Part shown: positions 28,320 to 39,900 of the stretch, piece after piece
How positions within the stretch are numbered: the stretch's first letter is position 1
Layout: each line of letters begins with the position of its first letter
NCBI GenBank assembly: GCA_002633005.1
Contig: NMRA01000352.1
Coordinates: 162,905 to 226,904, forward strand
Length of the DNA stretch: 64,000 nucleotides
Direction of reading: 5' to 3'
DNA from: Phoronis australis
Lineage: Eukaryota > Animalia > Phoronida
Position numbers and translations under genes: made by a program
Notes under the pieces: model-generated
What the model saw: only the letters and a program-made list of their open reading frames with translations
Told to the model about the DNA's origin: nothing
The model's database searches: none

Positions 28320-28980
28320 AATGAATCTGCGCCGAGCACATGCCTTAGCGAGTAGCCCGCGGTGCACTCCCACGAGATCAGTCCCGCGGGGGCGAATTGC
28401 CGCGTGTACCCAAGGATGCCTGAAGGACAAGCCTTGCGTTTTCCTTCCTCTCAGGTCGACCCTTACTTTTCTCTTGATAAATTGTGTGTCCCCTGTATGA
28501 ATTTTGCATCCCTGCTCGGCCGCCGTGGGATGTGCTGATAGAACGCTTGTGTGCAACAACTGGGCATAACAATGCCGGAGACAATTAAATTGTGCAGTCA
28601 ATAAGTATTCACAATAGATTGTTGTTGATGACGCCCTCCCACCCCCCCCTTCCCCCCAATTCGAATCCCCAGGGTCGGCGTCACCCTATCGACTGCCCTT
28701 CGGCACGCTACAGCTGCCCATATGATAGTGGGTTTGAAACAGTTCCAAAGGGACTCACCATTTGTTCCCTAAAATTTCCGTAATTCGAAGACTGCCGTTC
28801 TTCTACTCGGCTCTAATCTTTTTCTGAACTCCTCTTTGGCTAATGTAATTTTCCAATAACATAATTAAAAACCAACCCTTGAAAATAAATGGGGGCTTAG
28901 TCTTTAAATGGAGCAGAAATAGATGTGATAAGCAGTCGATGCCCTATCAACCACTGAGATATCAGCCAATCAGAGATTGC
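28320..28980 (-). promoter_or_regulatory. Probable DNAJC5 promoter, 5' exon and CpG-rich start of intron 1
   Basis: GC/CpG-rich patch at 28320-28720, minus-strand donor gtgagt at 28753-28758, CCAAT box (agccaatcag) near 28965. Confidence 0.5.
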
Positions 28981-29330
28981 TGTCGGCATCAGTGTTTTTA
29001 CAATAAAATGTGAATCAGCTTTTGCTTGGAGCGCAACTCGGGCAAATGTGAGTTTTATTTGTATATTAGAACCGGTTTACTGCTGCATTATTTTTACTAC
29101 AGTCATCTTTTAAACTTGGCATTGGGTAAAATTAATCGCCGATAATTTACAGGGACAGAAAAAATTGTTCATGTCTTGTAATCTTTTAGAGAATGCTAAC
29201 TTCACAACATAGGGTTTGGAAAGCGAAAATAGAATGGCCTGCTTAAACGTGTAATTCGGAAGAAAATAATTGTTAACGTGTTCAATTAAGTCTCAAGATA
29301 AGAAAAAAAGTTGTGCTTACAAGATATTGT

Positions 29331-30225
29331 AACCAGACAGAGAATGTTTGGTTCACCAAGTGACTTTGTAAAGCTAATATACAATCATTATAAGTTTAGG
29401 CAAGGGCGTGGCTTGCTTAAACTTGGAATTAACGGAGTTATAAAACTGCGAATGCGCTCAGAAGTATTCTAAAGACCATAGGAAAAAGCATTCAAAATAC
29501 ATTGCAACCAGTCAGAGAATGTTTGGTTTACCACTTAAGTTTTTGTGAAGCAGAAATTGAGTTATTCCAAGTTTAAGCGAGCCACGCCTTTGCTTAAAAT
29601 TGGAATTGGGGAGAAAACAACTGCGAATGCACTCATAGGTGTTTCGAAAGTAATAAAAAATGCATTTACATTGTATTGCAATCATTAAGAGAAGGTTTGG
29701 TTCATATCGCAAATTTTTTAGAGAAGAAATTGAATTATTCCAAGTTGAAGCAAGCAGTGTGGCTTGCTTATACTTGGAATTAAGTAGAAAAAAATGCGAA
29801 TGCGCTCAGAAGTGCTCTCTCTAATAGTAATAGAAAAAAGCATTTAAAATGTATTGCAACCAGTAAGAGAATGTTTGGTTTACCACGGTAGTTTTTGTAA
29901 AGCAGAAATTGAAATATTCCAAGTTTAAGCGAGCCACGCCCTTGCTTAAACTTGGAGTTGGATAGAAAAAACTGCGCATGTGCTCAGAAGTGTTCAAAAA
30001 TTAATAGAAAATGCATCTAAAATGTCTTGCAACCAGTTACCGAATGTTTGGTTTACCATGTGATCTTTTGTAAAGCAGAAATTGAATTATTTTAAGTTAA
30101 AGCAAGGGCGTATCTTGCTTAAACTTGGAATTTACGGGGTAGAAAAAACTCGGCCAGAAGTCTTCCGAAGTTAATAGAAAATGCATACAAAATGTATTGC
30201 AAGCAGTTAGTGAATGTTTAATTCA
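29331..30225 (+). repeat. ~175-bp tandem array, 5+ units, each with a 17-bp inverted repeat around an asymmetric core
   Basis: Units start aaccag..agagaatgtttggtt at ~29331, 29506, 29680, 29858, 30031 and 30201 (partial). Confidence 0.92.
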
Positions 30226-33200
30226 CCTCTTGATCAAACATCAACCAGGCACTAATTTCAAACATCAAGCTTTATTTTTATATTGGAATAGGCAACAACA
30301 CAGAAATAATACGATTCAAATGGCCACCGTAGCCGTAGGGCTATGACCTTGAATGCCCGGTGCATTACTGAGGGAACATGTAATAACAATACAGTCCCTA
30401 AATGATTGTTTTATTCCTGTCCCTCAGTACTAACCAGTATTCATGAACAGGCCACGGGAGCTTTATCTCGATTTTTTAGAAATCTTTTCTCTCCGTAGCC
30501 TACCGGTTCAGTAACGATTCAAGTTCAGCCCAAACGCCTTGTTCTGTGATTGTGTGCCAGACAACCGCTTAATTCCAAGTTCACGCAAAATTCCAAGTTT
30601 ATGTACCGGGTTTGGCAGTTTGCTTAATCTCAAGATCACTTGCGTGATTTTGGAATTCCAAGTTCACGTACGCCACTACTACCCACTGACACAGCACCAC
30701 CTATAGGCTATTGAAGCACTGTGAAAGAGCGTAGGCTGCTACTGGGCTTGATACCGCACTCCTGTTAATTTCTGTCAAGTTACGTATTTTTTGTCATCCA
30801 GAATTTGTCGGCCTAAGCGGCAAAAAAGGCGATCACGTAGAAACAAACTTTTCAGGATTTAGATCGTTATAACAAAACGTGGTTTAAACCTGTATGTTAC
30901 TCGGTATTTGAAAATAGTTGTTTGATCTTGCTAAGAACTGGTAATTAGTTATTGGTCGAGACCATGCATCACGACCAATGAAATGACACGCCGTGTCAAG
31001 TCAACTTGTACGACAGCTGGTCTCAATAACAAAACTGTCAGTTCTTTCCAAGACCTTTAAAAAATCAGTGATATATTTTGACAATTTGAGGTCCAGTTCA
31101 TAACAGTGAGTGGTCTAAATGTGAAAGTTTTTTTTTATTGCAGAGAGCGCCGCCTTAGAATGGTATCTCGTATCTAAACCTGCAATTTGCTTTGTTTATT
31201 ATGCTAAAAACTAAATCAAATTAGACCTTTTAATCTCATAATTTCTTGCCATGATAGCATTCTATTTTCTTTACCATGAAAACTGAAACCATCATACGAC
31301 CGAAGAAAACGCTTCAGACGTTGTTGGGCTTGACCAATCCTAATATTAGGAAGGCACCTGTTCACAATGTCTGTGGGTGACTGGTAAGGGACTCCTACCA
31401 CGAAATGTCACTTTAAATCTACTTCATAGATAAGCCACTGGAAAAACTGCTAAGCCCCGTTTTTGTCAGACACTGACTCCAAACAAACTAGAATATTTAC
31501 ACAAGCATGGCGCCAAAAGTATACCCATGGCTTACAGTTATGAACCCTTAATGATAGAGTGAAGAATAAATGATTGCGGGATAGTGGTACACATTTATTA
31601 AACAGTGAGTTACTCATGAATACCTAGTTTTCGCTACAATTACAAATGGTGCACCATAATATCAAAACCAAGTTACAGGGACGCACAATACTTTCATGTA
31701 ACAACTCTACCGTAAGGAAAAAAATTATGGGATACTGACTGAATTTGACTGGGCCAGAACATCTAAAAGGAACAAAAACAGTGACAAGGAAAACATTGTA
31801 CTCAAAATCGAATACAGGGCAAAATTTTCAGTACTGAGAAAACATAAACAATTGAAAGTCTTTGAATAATGTGTGCCATATTTGACATAACTAATGATCG
31901 TTTAACACCAAACAAGAATTCACTGCCACAGCATGACCAAAATGTTACTGCCACCTAAAAATGAACCCATTTTTAAGCTAACAAGTGATAATGTTTTGAA
32001 TAAAGATAAGAAAGATGAATATGGTTGTAATAATTTACTAGTGACATAGCTGGAAATGGCCACTCGATTACAATTGTTTACAAACAATTCAAATGAGAAA
32101 ACAAACTGGCTGCATGCTGATAGATGAAGCTTCACTGAATTTTTCTCATCATGACCTAGCAAACGAGGTCAAGGTTGCTAACCCTGGAGATGTAAACGTG
32201 CCTACATTTTGGTAAATGTGAAAAGTGTCAAGTTTCCTTTTTGAGACATCACACCAACAACATTTTCGAACAGTTTCTTGAAAACGAGGCCAAGGTTGCC
32301 AAATTTGACAGGCACTTAACAGCTTGGTAAAAAAATACCAACAAAATGTAAAGCTTCTTTCTCAAGATATTGTCCAACGACATTTTCCAACAAGTCTTAA
32401 ATTTCTAACTATAAGGCTAAAAATATCAAGTGGTGGTTGCCAAATTTGACTGTTGCCTGGTACAAAATATGAAGAAAATGTAAAAGCCTTCTTCGCCATC
32501 TTGAAACATTGAGCACCTCTTAAACTTTTGGCTATGACCTTGAAAATGAGGAAAAGGTCACCAAAATTAAGTGGCACCTGGAGAAACCCATCTACATAAA
32601 TTGTACGTCAATCATTCAGCAGAGTTGAGACATATAGCTGTATATTAGTACACTTGATGCCTAGATGAAGAAGATAGCAATGTACATTGATTTACAGCAT
32701 GGGCACAGAAAAAAGGAATCCATTTTACTAGACATCTAACAATGTCCACCAAAGCAAGCAATGCTCATCTGTACTACATAACTAAAAACGTGCAACTCTT
32801 TAAATGCCAACGTGAAAGCTTCACACTAGTTTAAGTTACATACCTGAAGCATGAGTTTTAAAAGCAGTGATAAAACCTCTCCAAACCATGAACACAATAT
32901 TAATATTAAAAGCATAGTCAGTAACTTCAGCTAATATAATACTAAAACTTATTTAGACTGAAGCTACTACAGTCGAGCCACAAAATCATTTAAGCTAAGA
33001 ATGATTACCACAGATTGCCTTATACAAAGAACATATACGAACACCCGTAAACCTTTACTAATCAGTACAATTTTACAAATACTTTTGCTTCCAATATTAA
33101 ATGAACATTATCTAAACTTACACAAATGCAACTGAGAATAATCTTCTTCTCACTCTTAAATATGGAATGTCGACAGGGACACGTAAGTGGACAGAAAATT

Positions 33201-33918
33201 TGATGGAGCAGACATAATAAGAAATGTTTATGTAAATAAGAATTCAATAAGACGCAAAAATCACGAAGACAAAACTTGACTATAATAAACAACACACAGA
33301 AAACGTTGTTACAACAATACGATACAATCAATTTTATACAACTTTTGAAACGAAACATGGATGGAATATAATAATGGCCATTCTGCGGATTTAAAAATAA
33401 TCTCAGGTGATTATCGTTGTCTATGAGTCCTATGCAGCATCATCCTTGAAAACCATACGTTTGGTTCATGTCTTGGGGTGGAACCCTTCGTTTTAGTCTT
33501 CTAATACGGCGACTTCAGCTTCTTAATAACATAATGGCAGAACCACAGACTGAATGACTTCATTGATTGCTTCAACAGCATGATTCACTACTACTAACTT
33601 GATTTACTCCAGCTTGTCCTAACTGCGTAAAAATTTAACTAATTTCAGTTAGCTTGATATCCTACGTATAGATAGTAATACTATGTAAAAAAAAACTTTG
33701 ACTTGACATCAAATTTATAACACATTAACCTAAAAAATACAAACATTTTCAGAGACAGATGGTTTGATGGCATGACCGTACCAAAATTTCAAAAACTTTC
33801 CCACACCTTTCTAAGCAACGTGTAGCGTAAGTCAGAAATCAGGCAGGAGTCAACGTGAGTAAGACATTTTGGATAATAACAAAGGAGATTCATGCTTGAA
33901 GACTCACAAAGGTACAAT

Positions 33919-33992
33919 TTAGTTTGTCTGCAAGGTTCCGGCTCCAATGCCGTAACCAACCCCTTTTGGTCCAAAGTTTCTTCCGTAGCAAG
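33919..33992 (-). CDS. LIM gene last coding exon
   Basis: [23 protein letters not shown]. Confidence 0.93.
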
Positions 33993-36900
33993 CTGAAAAG
34001 AAAATAAAGCGCACTGAGAACATGTCATCACTTTTGTAAGGCGAAATCCACATTCAAATGTTGTTTGAAATGTCAAAACACCCTTAACTACGTAAGCCAA
34101 CACTAGTATGTATTGCATTGTTCACATTGAAGCGCTAATGACTTTCCATTTTGTTTGGTAGGGTGTGCAATCTCATGAGACAAGTATCCGAAATGTTGGG
34201 GCGATTTTCTGCTCTAGCAAAAGAGGCGTCTTGAGCTACAACAGGAAAACACAGACACAACGCGGCCAGGTCCGACCGATTATCCACTTCTCTAACACAA
34301 GTCTCGCCAGATCTCGCCTAACCACCGGCTTTTTAACATTTTTGGTCAATTTTTGTTACATTGGAAAGACAATACCAGAAAGGACTAAGTGGCCGAGTGG
34401 CTAAACAGCAACTTTTGGTGTTTTTGAAAGAAATAACAGAAGTTCTACAGCAATTTCCCTCAATCGTCACAGGTGTTATTAAAAAACAACTCTTAGAATG
34501 AGTTGCATGTTGTGTTATAAGTTTAGCAATTAATGGTGCTTCAAGAGATTTTGATAGAGAAACAACACACAATTTTGAAAATAAAAAACTGGTGTTATAT
34601 CAGAGGCAAAAGACATCTCCCTTAGTCAGTCGAGTAGCAGCAACAGAGTTGAGTCACACCGTCAAGACAATTAAACTCAACTTGTGATCTTAATTGACTG
34701 TTAGCCACCGGGGAATGGACATCACCATGAAGATTGAAAGTGGTTATATGACACTTGTTACTTCTGAATCAGTGTGTGGAAATTATATATTACTAGGTTG
34801 CTTAAGTACATGTAATTACTTGCATTAACACTTCGTCTAATCACAAATAATTATCTTAAACCCAAACACATTGGCAGAATGGCTAGTTTCCAGTTGCAAC
34901 ATTATTCTTGTGACTGCTGTTCATCTAGACTGAAAGCTGTTTAAAAATCTCTAACATGAATCTTGTAGTTGTTACTCCAATATAAGACAACAATAATGTG
35001 TGTTTACTAATCAATTATATTCATTTACAGCTCAAAACTGTTTTCAATGCTGTTCTTAACAGTGACATCTTCAAGTAATTTCGATGACACCGAAATTAAT
35101 CGTTCCACTTACAGTATCTATGCGCAATTTAATCCACCTGTTAACTTCGGTTCAAGGGAATTTTAACGGTTCCACTGACCAACACTGCCCCAAACAATGA
35201 GTGTCAACTATACTTAATGGCATTAGACTACGTCCTGCTTTCTTGTACATTTCACTCACTCTGCCATTACTGACGTGTTTCTAGAAACTGTAAAGTTAAG
35301 TAGCGGAATCGGTACTTAACAGACATGGGAGTATTGTTATTGAAATTACTGCAAGGTGACGCTTGTGCATAGCAGTCACCAAGAGGTGTTGACAACAGCA
35401 AGAAGCCCTGGTGATAACTGCGGCGACACCAAACTCAGGCATTCTAACTGTAGTGACGTGGAGACACTGCTGTTTAATTTACCTGTCTGCTGCAAAGTTA
35501 AAGATTTTTACTTGGGTACAACAGGAAATTCAGGCATTCTCATTGACAGATATTTTCCTAAACACTGAAGTGTCAGTATTAGACAATAATAAATAATGGA
35601 TTTGTATGGTACTTGTGGCTTTACGGTAATACGCAATTATGCGTATCTACTCACAGCTGCAGTACACCTCTCCTTCTCTGTCCTTTACGTTATTCGAATC
35701 CAGCTTCTTGTTACACAGCAGACAACTGAAGCAGGATTTATGGTATGGCTAGAATGAGACCGAAATGGAAATTATAGAAGTTACTATGTTGTACATGATT
35801 GTATATACAGGTATTTACATAGCCTGAAATTATCCTGCAAAGGTGTTTCATATCTGTACATATATGGATATCGATCACAATAGCAGGTCACCGGACTCTC
35901 AAAATGGAGAATGAGATTGAATGCGCTGGGATACCCGTGACAACAGGCTTGAGCAAGAGTTGAGCCTAGAGTACACCAGGAGGCAGACAAATCCCTTTGT
36001 TGTAATGATGAAATTTTGCTCACGAGCAGATAGCAAACACCTTTAAAGGATAATTCAAAGCAAGGTGTCCCAAAGGATTTAAGCAGCATGTTCAATTAAA
36101 TACATACACACCGTCAGGTGTTTCACTGAACTTCAGTCAAGCACCATCAATGACTATAAACCCTATAAATAGATCCACAGCAAACTACTGGATACCAACT
36201 CTCAAACTTCAGCTGGTAAGAATGGCACAACACGAGACAGCATCAGGGCATGCGTGTAGCTAACTATAGTGTGTTGATATAGGGTTACATTAACGATTAA
36301 TTTCAGACTTTTGTTCATGAATAGCAGTGACACTTCGATATGAAGGTTCAGTGAGTCATACGTTTGCATCTCAGGATGTGCATACTCAAGTGTTGATTAT
36401 ATGTGCCTAAAGAGGGCGCTTGGATTAGCACAAAGGTTGACAATTACCTTAAAGGGAAAGGTAAAAATTTTAATAGACATTTCTGGTTAAATTGCAATAC
36501 ATAAATTTTCGAGTTTAATTCCTCTGGCTTCTAATTAATTGCGTAACTCCTACAAAGACGTCCACCGCCTCAATCATTCCCAATCAGCTTTGTTTACATT
36601 CACTGTGACTGACATCATATGCACCATAGAATGTATCAGCATGTAACAAGTATGACCATCATTTGCCTTAAGTTTCCCCGAGTCTTCCTTAATACTAGTT
36701 TTTGAATCTTCCACGACTGAAAAATCTAAATTGAAACTTTTAAATAATGCAGTGCTTTCGTTAATATTAAAAACCGGACGATCGCTGCACAAATAAAAAA
36801 TAATGATCCTGTGGCTCATTTTTTGTGAGAGTTGCATTTTTTGCTTTGAATGTAAGGATCTAAATGCTCCAACACTTTGTGTTGACCTTGCTTGACCTTG

Positions 36901-39900
36901 CACAGTGTATTCTCACTGTCAATACACAGGAAACCTTAAACAACATTCTATTTTTGAAACAACACTCATTTTTGAGTGCTGATATCTTTGTTGCACGAAG
37001 GAAATTTTTAAAATACAAGACACTAAGCTTGGGCATAGACCAAACACAAGTGTATGAAAATTCCATAGCAGTCAATCCATGCACTGAACAGAAAAAGATG
37101 CTCAAAACTGCTAAAAATGTTTAAGACCAAAAGACAAGAAAATGGACAACACAGATTTGCCCATACTCGAAATCAACACAAGTCAACTCAACTCAAGCAA
37201 CTCACAAATTTCACTCCTAAATTGACCGTTTTTTAACAAGGAATGTTAAGAATATCAATCGAAAATAAAGATGTAATTTCAAACAATATGTGAATATTGA
37301 ATTTTTAAAAAAAAATCCCACTAAGTTGCTAACAAATCACAGCGGAGACACTTAAGTTTGTCCACTTTGGCTACACACTTTCTTAAACCAAGTAAATTTT
37401 GTTAAAGTTTAGCCATTTGGTCAAATTTCTAATATATGTGACATCATTTAAAAGCCCACTGAAATATATATATATATTATATATACGTTATACAACATAC
37501 GTGTTTGTGCAAGTGGTTATTATATCCAGATTCGTGATATGCAAAAGTATTTGAATGATGGCGAATCGAGATATAACAACACACTTGGTACAAAGACGCA
37601 CGCTGTATAACATATTTATCCTAGGCGCCCCACTGAGGATTCTTTAAAGAAGCGGGTTTACACAGATTGCTCCGCTTGTTTTTGTGTACTTTGTCATATT
37701 TTATCAATGATGATCACAGATTACGGGACATGTATACGCACACACAATATTTTTATGAACAAATTTTTTGCAGCCTGCTTGACACGGCAGCTCAAGTCGT
37801 ATTTTACACCAGCTACAGCCTTGGGGTGCATATCTGCTATTTTCTGTACTTTCGTCAGAGTTTGAGCTGAAATCTATTTGTAAGTTAAAGATTGCTTCCA
37901 TTCGTGACGTTTTTCTTGACTTCATTGAGTAATATCTGTGCAGGACACCCTGACGTTGTGGTTGATGCACGCACGTTCAGACGCTTCTTAAAAATGCTCC
38001 TTACGTGCACCTCATACCGATTTTAGGTAGAAAATATTAAGAAATTTGTTATAAAATTGACAAAAATACCGTGTTTACAGCAGTTGCAGTTTTGCTTTTG
38101 GGCTCGACGTATTTTGATTCATTTTGAGAACAATTTTAAAATTTTACTCATATTTGACCATACAGAACCTCATCTGATATAGTGCAATAGGGGATCAAAA
38201 GGAGTCAATGCATTGCTAATGTTTATTGCTTTCCTAATCGCAAATATGTTGTGGCAAGATCAACACTTTTTGTGATTGAAGTGTTTTGTTCAGGTGCAAC
38301 ACCATACGCTATATTAAGAAAAATTGTCAACAATATTTTTTATACCATGTAATCGTTTAGTTTTAAAACACATATCATAGTGGTGACATGTGAAAATGTT
38401 GCACACGGAGCTGAACCGAAGCGATACCATATATACCAACATGTGACATGTGATTGTAATGTATTGAGTGCAAAATAGGTAATTTTGGTGAGAAAGAACA
38501 TGTTTGTATTCAACACTCGTTGAATACGGAAAATCCGGACTGAATGCTCAATAAATACAGCAAAGTAGTTCTTCCATATCACACCACACAATATGACTCG
38601 TATTTCAAGGCCATACTATCGCGCGTATAGGATAAGTTTTATTACAACCTATATTTCTGAATGACGAGTGCTTTATTGAAATTTTTGACACGTGTGGGCT
38701 TTGTACCAGCCATCTTTCAATTGTCACCATTAGACTACCGAGACATTGTACTCATTCTTCCACGAAAACTGTAACACCTGAAGATGACCGGAGAACTGGC
38801 TGACTTAACCCTCATGCCAATGTATACAGGCTAGAGGTTGGTGTAGAATAGCCACAGATTTTAGAAATCATGCCACTGGCAACACCTCAAAGTGGTTTTG
38901 GGATCAAACTTAATTTCAGTTTTGTTTCAATTTGTGCGCAGAGATAGACACTCACGTTTCCCCCTCCCATGATCTTCTCCGCAAAGTAAACAGCGTTGCC
39001 ACAGCGACCACACATGTCTGTACTGCCATACCGTGAATGTCCTGACTGGGAGTCCTTTCTAGCTGCAACGTATGCCTGGGCTGTGGCTGGAGGGGAGGAG
39101 CTGCAAAATGATTGACAGTGAAATAGGTGTCAATCACTATATCCACAATTAACCACAATTCTCTCAATCATTACAAACCAAAAATGAAACCTCTAACATC
39201 TCTTTTTACACACTAAAATGTCTGCGTCAATACAAAATAGTACCACATAGTCAAACCTTGGATCTATGATAATAAGGAAAAGAAGCCAAGACTCGTACAC
39301 GGGCTGAAGATAATCCCTTCGAAGGGCACTTATTTCATGACAGATAAAGGGAAAATTCCAAATTTAAAAATTTTTTTGACAACCTTAAATACTTGGATTC
39401 ACCACATTACTAGATACCACATTTTGGAAAACACAAGCAGTATTTATCATAAATGAACACTTCCAAAACCACAAGTTGATGGCAGTTCTGTAAATAAGCA
39501 TTTTGTAGGACTTGAAACTCCTACAAAAATTCTTAACAAATGGAGGAATTTTTATAGATGCTCCCAAAGAATGATTTACTTTTTATTATGCTTAAAGCCA
39601 GACAGTGCATATTCTAATTTCCCAGCCACAAAAGCTGTCCAAATCATCAATGCCAACATCAAAAGCCCCTTTTCATCCATATGCCTTTGAGCATCGGACT
39701 TTCGCAAGGTTCCTTTTTCATTGCGAATCTTGCAAACTATTTACGGCGATTGTACAACCTAACGGGGACAAAATACAAAAAATGGAGGTCATCTGCACTA
39801 CTACCAGATGTTAACTCACACTTCTTCGCGAGCCAGTCCGGCAGCGCCACCTGCAAAACCGTAACCTTTGGGTCCAAAGTGCTTGCCATAACAAGACTTG

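Noticed and set aside
29331-30225. CRISPR-like reading of the palindromic array
   Set aside because: The sequence between palindromes is homologous from unit to unit, not unique spacers; eukaryotic context and no cas genes.
31216-31401. 61-aa ORF with faint resemblance to a DEK-like segment
   Set aside because: A few residues of similarity only, with no supporting exons.
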